A stretch of DNA of 61,675 bases, filler included, from Nemertoderma westbladi (taxonomy: Eukaryota > Animalia > Xenacoelomorpha), in assembly GCA_032718475.1 (NCBI GenBank). It is 3 parts of 3 records of this genome, joined end to end, with 100 filler letters (N's around TTAATTAATTAA, not from the genome) between each part and the next. Parts side by side here need not be neighbours in the genome. Positions count along the whole stretch, not along the records: positions 29,592 to 54,136 come from JAUCBJ010001816.1; positions 54,237 to 61,675 come from JAUCBJ010004566.1; 1 more part is not named here. The stretch is one strand, 5' to 3'. Under the pieces are notes generated by a model that saw nothing but the letters and a program-made list of their open reading frames with translations, made no database searches and was not told the origin of the DNA. Made by a program: the position numbers and the translations under genes. Numbering within the stretch: the first letter of the stretch is position 1; every line of letters begins with the position of its first letter. This document shows positions 52,007 through 61,675 of the stretch, piece by piece.

Positions 52007-53389
52007 ACTTTTTTTCACAACATATCACTGACTTATTAAATACATTCTGGTCACCTTTCCCGGCAATCAACTGCGGTCGGTTCCGTTGTGCTAAGTATAA
52101 TATTTACATAGCACAAATGTGCTTGCCAAAAGTTGTCTGTCATCGCTGCACTCCGTATACAAGTTGTCAATGTTCTCCAATTTCCCAGGTATCCAACATT
52201 TTTAATGTAAGAAAAAGCGAATAGCATCTTTTTTACTTGAAGTTTATCAACTCTAAATAATTTTGTGGTCTTTAATTTTTGGTACTGTGCTGTTACCCCA
52301 CCCCCCCCCCCCCCCCCCCCCCCAGTCCTGTTACGCCCCCGTCTCAGATATTGATTCCTGTTACCCCCCATTCCTGTTACCACCCCCCCCCCCCCCCCCC
52401 CTCATTCCGTGGTCCCATTCCATCCCCAGGTTTCAGAAACGGCGTTTTCTAACCAAAACAATAAACGATGTTGTTACCAATTGGGGGAAAGGGGCAGGTT
52501 ACAGAGACGGGTTTTTCTAACCAAAACAATATACGATGTTAGGTTTTCGAATTCCTTTAACCTAAAATTCCTGGTAAAATCCTAAATCGAAAAATCACAT
52601 AATTTATTTTCTGCCTAATATTTTTGCTACTGTTGGTACTAGTTTAAGCTAGCGCGGGAACTCGGTCAGTGAAATGGCTAAATTTCAATAATTAACCATC
52701 AAAATTCTTCAGACTGGAATTCCTGGTTCACTAAAAAAATAAGCTTCTGGCTCCTTCAGGCAGGATTTAACCTTTATGTTTCCTTTAAACATTAAATTAA
52801 CTGCGGTTGCCAGATTTCGATGAGACTTTTCTGTGCTCGAGTTTTTCATCGACTCTAGCACAAAAGTGCTCGTCAAGTCGTGGTTTACCAGTTGCTGCTT
52901 TTCGGACTGAGTTTTAAACACCTTTAATATTAGGTTATCGTGTTTTCCAAACAGTTTGCATCTCCTTTTATTCGGCAGAGATTTATGTGTTCTAAAGATG
53001 GGACATTAGTGCCCGCGGGCAAACTAAAATGGTTACTAACAGGAATTACTACCTGCAACGGGGGTTAAAAGGAATGGGGGGTAACAAGAATTGGAAGGGG
53101 GTAACAACCTGTTACCTCTCATTCCTGTTAACCCCCCCCCCACCCCCCCCCCCCCCTCCCCTCCGTCGCAGATAGTGATTCCTGTTAGTTACCAATTGAT
53201 GGAAAGTAACAGGACAGTAGTAACCAATTGATGGAAAGTAACATGTCAGTAACAGCAAAATTACGACTTATGTACCCCCCTCGCTACGCTCGGTCGGTAA
53301 ATGACAGATCTCGGGACGAACGGTAAATAAAGCATATTATATTTACCGTACAATAAATAGTTAAATTAGTGTATATGGATTAAAACATT

Positions 53390-54040
53390 CCAACGTTATT
53401 TCCCAACTTCCCGGAGTCCTGCAAGGCGATTGTTTTAGCCCAACCTGTTTTCTCGAGTGTATTGCTGGTCTAGCAACATTATTACGTAATATCGGTAGAT
53501 ATATTTTCTTTGCGGATGACCTAGCACTAGAGACAGAGTGGTGATACAGCGTGGTCTTGATGCTTTAAATGTTTGGTGTATTGAAAACGGCATGGTGGTG
53601 AACTTGACAAAAACAAAATTAATAAAGTTCAGGAAAAGTGGCATATTGGATAATTGGATGCCTAAAAACACCTTCATTTACTTTCTATCGAATTTGGTCA
53701 CAAAATATTTAAAATGAAGATAGCACCAACAATAAATAAGTGGCCATATAATAGTATTTGGTCCGCGAACCAAATACTTTTTCGGGCAAAGGCTAATTTG
53801 GGCTTTGCCCGATTGCAAAGTCATTTTAAGGAGCAGGTTACAGATGCGGGTTAGAGAACCAAAACAATAAACATTGAATTCTCTCCATTTGCAGTATTTC
53901 AGTACCCCAGTCCGCCTACCACAAGCCAGTATATAATGCTCAATAAGTTTCACACAGCTCAAATTGGACACTATCGTAAACTAAACCATCTAAAGGAATT
54001 TGATAAAGTTATAAATTTATTTAAACGCATGTTGGGAATA
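53390..54040 (+). mobile_element. Decayed LINE RT fragment
   Basis: Broken plus-strand frames give GVLQGDCFSP, FFADDLAL and LDALNVWCIENGMVVNLTKTKLIKFRK. Confidence 0.7.
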
Positions 54041-54136
54041 CATATTTACTTCACCGACCTTTAGCAATACATCTTATAAGCGAGTGAACCTCTGTTAATA
54101 ACCTTCTTGCTCAGGTTCAGGAACTTCTTGGTCAGA

Positions 54137-54236
54137 NNNNNNNNNNNNNNNNNNNNNNNNNNNNNNNNNNNNNNNNNNNNTTAATTAATTAANNNNNNNN
54201 NNNNNNNNNNNNNNNNNNNNNNNNNNNNNNNNNNNN
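54137..54236. other. Artificial scaffold linker (N44-TTAATTAATTAA-N44)
   Basis: Same 100-bp construct as 29492-29591. Confidence 0.97.
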
Positions 54237-56333
54237 TCAACCACGTGAAACAATTACTTATCGAACCGCCGATCCTAGCTCCATTCAATTTACATGCTCA
54301 GACTAAACTAGAAACCGACGCCAGTCGCTTACACGGTCTTGGTTTCGACCTTTTACAACTTCACGGCACTGATTGGAAACTGGTCACCTGTGGAAGTCGA
54401 TTTCTGAGTGAGCCAGAAACTCGTTATTCCACGATCGAGTTGGAGTGTATCGCTATTAAATATGGTATGAACAAATGCCACATTTATCTCGCCGGGTTGA
54501 AAACATTTACAGTCGTAACCGACCACCGGCCATTGTTGACCATATTTAACCAATACACTGCCAACCAGATCGAGAACACAAAAATACAAAAGATCAAATC
54601 TGATCTTCAATCCCAGTACCAATTCCGTGTCGAGTGGCAAAAAGGTAAAACACATTGAATCGCCGATTGCCTCAGCCGCTCACCCATTGACGACCCGGAT
54701 GAACCCGATCCGGATGATTCCTCACACTCCGTGAACATTGTAAATTCCTTATCCATTGACGGTAAGAACGGAGACTCAGCTGGAGATCCACTGGTTAACG
54801 AACTCCAGGCTGCGGCGAATAACATTAAAGGGTACAACGAGCTCATTCGAGAAATACAGGAGGGCTTCCAGAACAAACACCTAGCATCACCCTACATACA
54901 CAACTTCCGTTCTATTTTCAACGAACTGTCAATATATAATGGACTCGTACTATACAACAATCGGATTGTCATCCCACCTAACTGTAAACAAAATATTTTG
55001 GCACGACTTCACTCTTCCCACCAAGGGATTACACGTACTAAACAGCGTGCACGAAAACTTGTTTATTGGCCAGGTATGGGAGCAGATATCGAACGCACCG
55101 TTAAACAATGCAACCGTTGCCAGGAACTCCTTCCCAGTCTTCCAAAGGAGACACTGATGGCGGACGACCTCCCAAGCAGACCCTTCGAGTCTGTCTCATC
55201 CGATCTTTTCTACCTCGGGGGAAAACATTTCCTTATATACACTGACCGCCTATCCGGTTACCCCCTTGTTCATGAATGGCTAGATGACCCCACATCCCAA
55301 CAGGTCGCCTACATAATCCGCAAATATTTTGTGGACCTCGGAGTTCCCAACGTGTTCCGAGCGGATGGAGGTCCCCAGTTTGCTTCACATTCATTCGGAG
55401 CATTCCTTAAACGGTGGGGTGTACGTTTAGTTACGAGCACTCCACATTACCCACAAAGCAATGGCCATGCGGAGGCCAGCGTTAAACAAATCAAATATCT
55501 GCTCCGCAAAATGCCTCATTGCAACATACACTCAGAAGAATTCGAGGAAGGGCTCCTCGAGCTTCGTAATACTCCACGTCCCGATGGCCGGTCGCCTAAC
55601 GAAGTCGTTTTCGGCCGACTATTGCGAACAAGAATCCCAGCCCATCATACAGCTTATGCGCAGAACTGGCAAGACGTTGCGGATGCAGCAGATAAACGGA
55701 TAGCTGATCTACGTCAAAAATCAACAAACATTTACAACCGCTCCGCCCACAACCTACCCCCATTCAAAGTTGGAACCGATGTGTATATTCAGGACCCGCG
55801 ATCAAAACGTTGGTCACACACAGGTACTATTGTGAGCGTGGGAGAAAAACGTGACTACCGTGTCAAGTTAGCATCCGGCAGAACGTGGTGGAGGAACCGT
55901 CGTTTCCTTCCACAAGTTTATAAAGTTGAGGAACCAATGAACCAATCAAACGATACACCGATGGACGAAACTAGCGGTGACGAATCGAAAGTAAATAAAA
56001 CTAAAAGTATTTCTGTCCCTCGACGTAGTACACGAAAACGTAAAACTATTATTCGTTGGGGTATAAACAATATTCATTATTATAATCAAGCAGACTATTA
56101 ACTGCGATCTAAACTGGCACATATGTAAACCAGTATAGATCGTGGGGGAAAAGGAGATGATATATACTGTACTGTACTGCGTTATACTGTACATATATTA
56201 CTTTGGTGTATCCCAACTACAGAACTAAATAACACTAGCAGTGCATACTGCTGTACTGCATATGTACACACCCACGTACCGGTAGACTGATATATACTTG
56301 TACAGCCTACGTAACAATTAATGAGCTTCATCA
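54237..56333 (+). mobile_element. Gypsy/Ty3 LTR retrotransposon 3' half: RNase H, integrase, PPT and LTR
   Basis: RNase H TDAS, YSTIELE, VVTDHRPL. One in-frame TGA at 54656. Integrase H2C2 (LHSSHQG..YWPGM..CNRC) and DDE core (SDLF, ADGGPQF, PQSNGHAE). PPT gggggaaaaggaga at 56144-56157. Inferred LTR TGAT...ATCA at 56158-56333. Confidence 0.92.
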
Positions 56334-56730
56334 GACCAATATATTAGTATTGCATATTATGTTCAATTCATAATGATGAACTCATGACACTGTCGAGTCG
56401 AAAATTAGTAGGCATCAATAATACCATAAGTTTAGTTTTTTTTTAGGAACTTCCAGACACCATCAAATCCTCAGTCTCTCGCTAGAGGGCTAAATGTCTA
56501 GACATTAAATATCCTCACATTTTCTTTGCTTTAAACCCGTTCTAGCTAAAACTTGGCATATTTGTACTTGACCATTAACTGTTCTTCTTAATTGCAGTTC
56601 TCTAGTCTGCCGCTAGAGGGCGAAATATCTCAAAGTGCAATCACTGATTTAGCGGAAACATCAGATATGTGCTAGAACACGTCCGGTGTGTTTGCCGGGC
56701 TAGGAATCAGTCCGACCAGTTCCACCTCAC

Positions 56731-56919
56731 CACTATTCCAGCAAGGTGTAATTCTATTGGACATGCAATGGTGTTAGGCCCTAGAGTAATAAGAAAGCTT
56801 GCATATTGTTTATCTCGCAAAATGATTGGCTGAGTATTTAATGGAGATTCTTTAGAATAAATATAGCTAAATAATTTTGTTGTGACATCGACATGGTAAA
56901 TTAATATTTCAGTATCCAT
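56731..56919 (-). CDS. NBAS: Probable first coding exon of NBAS
   Basis: MDTEILIYHVDVTT...QPIILRDKQYASFLIT resembles recalled human EEETILYDLLVNT...QPRGNQKHGASFIIT. Candidate donor gtgagg at 56730. Separated from the other exons by two scaffold joins. Confidence 0.55.
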
Positions 56920-57941
56920 ACTAAAATGTCATAAGGTAAGTTATAATATTTCTTATAAATTGGGTCGCCTCCACGCCTAAAATATATTACTTTTAAAACA
57001 CCATTTTTATGTTAATACACGCCTGTGAACAATCCTCTGTGTGCCTTTGGGTTGGGGTGCAGATTAAGAGGGGGTTGAAAGCAAGCAACTTTCCCCTCTT
57101 ACGATTTATTTGCGGTTTGGTTAATTTCTTAAATACAGATTTTGTGTTAGAATTGCTCAATTTTAATTTGTATCTCATAAATGAGCCTCGTGCTGCGCGA
57201 AGGCCCAACGAACGTGTTTGGTTTATGTGCAATTGATTTTATTATTGTTCTGACGACATTAATAACATAACATAACAAATAGCAAAAAGTCCGAAATTCC
57301 ACAACATTTATTAGATTTGAGCGCCACATCATGTCAGGGAATAACTGCATTACGCAGTTAGGGTTAGGGTTCAATTACTGCTTTAATTATGGTTTGTGCC
57401 TGACCAACAAACCCTAACTTAAAAAACAAACCAATATATCCCAGTCAGTTGACTGATTGAATACAGTTGGTCGATGACCGATCAGTCGATGACCGAAACA
57501 GCTAAGTACAGAAGTACCGGTCACTGTATAAAACTGTACAGTCTTCTATTCTTTTCAAGCTCGACCAATGGGTATAGATTGTACCGGACCGCTACAGGTT
57601 GCAGCCTCGGTAGGTACCTACAAAACACCCCAACAACCAAGTCATTCAGTCATTGAGTAGGCCTAACCCAGTAACACAAGACTGCAAGACAGCAAAGTAA
57701 AATAACGTTGTATGTTTTCCCTCTAAAAAGTGGCGCCTGTAATACAGTAATAAATAGTACGGTACTGTAGTATAATATACAGCCACTTTCAGCTTCATTA
57801 CAGCATTACCGGTACCAGGGTTAGGGTACTGCATAATATGCTACTGCCTGACTGCTGATGCTGACTGCATTACTTACAGTATACAGGTGGCAGGTACCGA
57901 TACTTCTGCAGTTCTGTATTTCGTATTTCTTTATTTATTGA
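56920..57941. promoter_or_regulatory. Putative bidirectional promoter/5'UTR region between NBAS and MMADHC
   Basis: ~1 kb between divergent ATGs. Inferred from geometry only and dependent on the NBAS exon-1 call. Confidence 0.4.
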
Positions 57942-59132
57942 ATGGCGTTTATGTTACTGAATCGCTCCACCAACAGACCCACCCAACGTGCGAACCCTCG
58001 CCGTAATCTGTCAACCAAAGACCCGAAACCGCCCCGCCTAATTGAATCCGAGCTACAGTGGCCGGACCGCAGTCTGGGCCCTCTGGGTCCGGTAAACCGC
58101 GACTACCCGCTCCCGGGGAACGCCTCCCCTCGCACCCGTGCGCGCTCCCTCCCAGACCCCCTGCACGGCTCACTAACCCCCACAGACCGCTGGGGCCACG
58201 CCATCCGTGAAGCGATGTTCCGCGCCCACACAGACCCCTCCTTAACCCGCCATCTCAGCTCACCATCTCTACGCTACCGATACTTGCTAAACACAATGAG
58301 AACAATACGCGAGATTATAGACTGCCAGACTGTAATCCAACCAGTACCTAATATCATACTACGAGAATGCTCTAACTTCTTCCCTAAAACAAACTCCGAG
58401 GACGATTTAGGCCTACCGTACAACGTTTTAACTCTGTCTGTACCTACAGTCCACGACCAATCTAGTTGGAGCCCTGACATGGAGACAGAAAGAGAATCAT
58501 TGTTAGAACGATTTGTTGCCGCTGCTATAGAAATCTGTTCAACTCTAAAGCTATCAGCTTTTTGGGCTGACTTTATTGATCCTACTAGCGGAACTCCGTA
58601 CTACGGGGAATATAGCGCGGTAACTTTACATGAAACAGACGAACGTTACAGATTGTTAGGTTTTAGAGTTAGGAATCTCGGATGTTGTAAAGTTATAGAG
58701 CACAGAGAGTTAGGTAGACGAGTGTTCGTTGGGACTATCTTTACTAACGCCCCTGCAGACAGTGAGATAGTGTTGGGTTTATTGGGGGCTGGAGTTACTG
58801 AGGGAGTTAATGAGGATGGAGTTAGGAGTGCTGGGTCCGTGGTTGAGGATGGAGTTAGGAGTACTGGGTCCGTGGTTGAGGATGGAGTTAGGAGTACTGG
58901 GTCCGTGGTCGAGGATGGAGTTAGGAGTACTGGGTCCGTGGTTGAGGATGGAGTTAGAAGTGCTGGGTCCGTGGTTGAGGATGGAGTTAGGAGTGCTGGG
59001 TCCGTGGTTGAGGCGGGCCAATCTGGGTCTATTAAAGATGGGAACCCGACTGACAATAACGAGAGTAGCGATAAAGGCAAGGAGCGTAGCGAGCAGATAG
59101 ACTCGTTTTATCCCCACAAGAACGGCGAATGA
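57942..59132 (+). CDS. MMADHC: Cobalamin trafficking protein CblD, intronless, with repeat-derived C-terminal extension
   Basis: QWPDRSLGPLGP..YPLPGN, WSPDMETERESLLERF, FWADFIDPTSG, TLHETDERYRLLGF and LGCCKVI..VFVGTIFTNAP match recalled human MMADHC. Arg-rich, acid-free N-terminus. AATAAA at 59234. Confidence 0.95.
   Translation: MAFMLLNRSTNRPTQRANPRRNLSTKDPKPPRLIESELQWPDRSLGPLGPVNRDYPLPGNASPRTRARSLPDPLHGSLTPTDRWGHAIREAMFRAHTDPSLTRHLSSPSLRYRYLLNTMRTIREIIDCQTVIQPVPNIILRECSNFFPKTNSEDDLGLPYNVLTLSVPTVHDQSSWSPDMETERESLLERFVAAAIEICSTLKLSAFWADFIDPTSGTPYYGEYSAVTLHETDERYRLLGFRVRNLGCCKVIEHRELGRRVFVGTIFTNAPADSEIVLGLLGAGVTEGVNEDGVRSAGSVVEDGVRSTGSVVEDGVRSTGSVVEDGVRSTGSVVEDGVRSAGSVVEDGVRSAGSVVEAGQSGSIKDGNPTDNNESSDKGKERSEQIDSFYPHKNGE
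58811..59012 (+). repeat. 33-bp coding minisatellite (6 copies, EDGVRS[AT]GSVV)
   Basis: Unit gaggatggagttaggagt(a/g)ctgggtccgtggtt, in frame in MMADHC. Confidence 0.95.
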
Positions 59133-59295
59133 ACCACATTATTGGGGCATATACGTTCAATTCTGTTGTTAAAAAATTGTAAATTTATTTGCTCTAAATT
59201 ATTTGGCTTTTAATTCTATTATTCTACTGTGGAAATAAAATTATACGGATAAAGATTTCACTGTTTTGTTTGCTTTGACCGTTGTACCGCACACA

Positions 59296-59533
59296 TGGTG
59301 CGTATAAACCGCACTCATGGTGCGTATAAACCGCACTCATGGTGCGTATAAACCGCACTCATGGTGCGTATAAACCGCACTCATGGTGCGTATAAACCGC
59401 ACTCATGGTGCGTATAAACCGCACTCATTGTGCGTATAAACCGCACTCATGGTGCGTATAAACCGCACTCATGGTGCGTATAAACCGCACTCATGGTGCG
59501 TATAAACCGCACTCATGGTGCGTATAAACCGCA
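59296..59533. repeat. 22-bp minisatellite (~11 copies)
   Basis: Unit catggtgcgtataaaccgcact, with internal gtgcg/cgcac dyad. Confidence 0.95.
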
Positions 59534-61401
59534 TTTTTAAGGTCTATTGATTGTTTTCGGTTTTGGAACCACTTTTTGATGTTGATAATAAACTGTTGAA
59601 GCATTTTAAACCAAAATTTAGGTACAAATATTTTAAATACGTGTTTTTTGTTAATACTCGTTGGTGGTTTTATTTCGTGGTGCTGATTATACAAATATTG
59701 TGCTGATTTACTGAAAATGTAATTATTTATGTAAAAAAATAGCTGATTTTTATTTTAGGGTTATTTGTATTTCTTCATAAATATTTTTCTGCTGACGACT
59801 GAATTGATAGAATGTGTTGGAATGAAATTTACCAAGATAAAAGTTGAAGCTCCTAAACCAACAGATGGGGAGGGGGGGTGGGGGGGGGGGCTTTGGTTAG
59901 AATATCGTCCCATCATACGGATTCGGTCTCATAAATCCCGAGTAATAGCGAGAGGGGGTCCTTCCCGAGTTGTGGAACCACGTCATTTCATTCTGTCACA
60001 ATTAATTCCTACCCGATGTGTTGTTGTGCTTTGTGTTACACCTAACTATGTACTACTGTATGTTTACATTAACAGAATAGTTGTTGAGCTACGTATTATA
60101 TTACATATAAAAATATATTATGCAGTTATTTAAATGAGTTATCCACTACTTTCTTATCCATTCCGAGGTTATGGGGCAAGCCACATTGAGGGGAAACACT
60201 TATATTTACACATATCACTCAATCGGGCGGTAACATTTTCTCCAGGTTACATTTCTTTCTATTGAATTGGCCTATAACATAACTTGTTGAGGATTGACAC
60301 GGGTATCAGTTCAATAGTCTGCCGCTGGTGGCGTTACAATGGTCTCGATTATAGGGTTGAGTTAAAACGTGGCTCGGTGGCAAGTCGTATATCATTCAAG
60401 TAGATGCGGTAATTCCTACATTAGATCTATTCCATGAATAGGTCGGTCGCCTTGGAAACACTTTTATGAAATTAACATTTTTGACACTTTTATGAAAATA
60501 GTTACTTATTGCCAAATAAAACAATAAATTCGTAAATAATTCCTATTTACAAAGAGAATTAATTCAATGATGAAAATAAATAAAAAAAACAGCGGGTTTT
60601 TGCGGAAAGACGAAACGAAAAGCAACAACATTTAGTTTCAAACGGTTGCTATTGGATACCCTTGAAAATATAAAAACATTAACTAAGAGAAAATCCCTAA
60701 AGGCGTCCCTAAAGGCATCCTGTCTACAATTAAAGGAAAAAGACTAAACGAAAAACAAAACTACTTGCATTATGACGATGCTGTAGGCAGGTTAGTAAAG
60801 GAACAGGTTTCAGAGACAAGTGGAAGAAACCCAAACAATAAACAAAAGTTAACACTTACAAGATAATGTAAGTTTGAATAAAAATCAGTAAAATACTGAG
60901 AAGAGTTAAGATGGTATTGTACTCTGGGTCAATGCCCTCACGGAAAAAGTACCATATGGTAGGGAGTATGACCAGGTGGGTCACACATGCTACACCACTA
61001 GGTCTGTTTATATACAACGGTACAATTCGAGATAATTAGTAACTCGGTTTCCTTTCTGTGTGGGAAGAAACCAATAAGATTGTTATGGGTGTCTAACTGA
61101 AGATAGTTTAACCGAAACAGACGACCTTAATATCCATAAAAGCATATATAAACTAGATCTGGGTGCCATGACAACGTCAGTTACACGGTACTGCCTGTAA
61201 CTAGCAGATTGGATAACCAACCCCATGAAATGAAACTGAAACTATTTCTAACTAAACAGATACAAATTTATCTCAAACAAACATTCATTATTAATAAAGT
61301 AACTACCGACATTCTCACTATTGTGTAAAGTAGGACTTTTAAACCCACTTGTACAAATTACATAGCGGCACCTCAGTACCAATCACTTTCGCTATTCCAT
61401 A

Positions 61402-61675
61402 AGAAACGAAGCGTCCATAAAGTCTTATAGGTTGATGGGGGGGGGGGGGGGGGGGGAAACGAAGCGTCCATAAAGTCTTATAGGTTGATGGGGGGGGGGG
61501 GGGGAGAAACGAAGCGTCCATAATGGCGGGGAGGGGGGGGGGGAGAGAGAAACGAAGCGTCCATAAAGTCTTATAGGTTGATGGGGGGGGGGGAGAGAAA
61601 CGAAGCGTCCATAAAGTCTTATAGGTTGATGGGGGGAGAGAGAAACGAAGCGTCCATAAAGTCGTACAGGTTGAT
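61402..61675. repeat. ~50-bp tandem repeat with variable poly-G, running off the window end
   Basis: gaaacgaagcgtccataaagtcttataggttgat(G)n repeated about 5 times. Confidence 0.9.

Noticed and set aside
52090-52200. Minus-strand peptide ...LYTECSDDRQLLAST as the missing NBAS exon
   Set aside because: Similarity is weak, the conserved Trp residues are absent, and an in-frame stop follows.
29848-54658. Stop-codon reassignment or readthrough, suggested by single in-frame TGAs in both Gypsy halves and a TAA in the lectin leader
   Set aside because: Host genes here end in TAA (NBAS, AMACR, lectin), TAG (GPI gene) and TGA (MMADHC). Point nonsense mutations explain the cases.
29592-56333. The two Gypsy halves as one element
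   Set aside because: They are on opposite strands and their LTR sequences are unrelated.
56365-56410. Hammerhead-like ATGATGA-ACTC...GAGT-CGAAA
   Set aside because: The core lacks the conserved C of CUGANGA and the first G-C pair of stem II, and I found no convincing stems I/III. At best a decayed relic. An Infernal search would settle it.
57358-57420. Telomeric TTAGGG repeats
   Set aside because: Only two to three copies, too short to call an interstitial telomere.

Overview
Repeat-rich eukaryotic (animal, probably invertebrate) genomic scaffold, not prokaryotic DNA. The backbone is a minus-strand NBAS (Sec39-family) gene. I can place four coding exons, one of them 5.6 kb; about 80 N-terminal residues could not be located. 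NBAS lies head-to-head with an intronless MMADHC whose C-terminus is extended by a coding minisatellite. Its introns contain an intronless AMACR (same strand), an intronless Cys-rich GPI-type surface protein gene (opposite strand) and, if two scaffold joins are correct, a 3-exon F-type lectin gene with a non-canonical binding motif. The rest is transposable elements and tandem arrays. TEs: RTE, RTE-X-like and CR1/L2-group LINEs, two Gypsy halves ending at gaps, hAT- and Merlin-like MITEs with TSDs, two ~0.9 kb foldback elements, and a 3 kb TIR element carrying a minisatellite. At least nine tandem arrays are present, several sharing a GGGTC-[CA]-[AG]-TGGT core. Two artificial 100-bp linkers (N44-TTAATTAATTAA-N44) mark contig joins. 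All calls come from reading by eye and recalled protein motifs; no searches were run. I found no clear-cut novel system. The best leads are the intron-poor, nested-gene architecture and the origin of the minisatellites.
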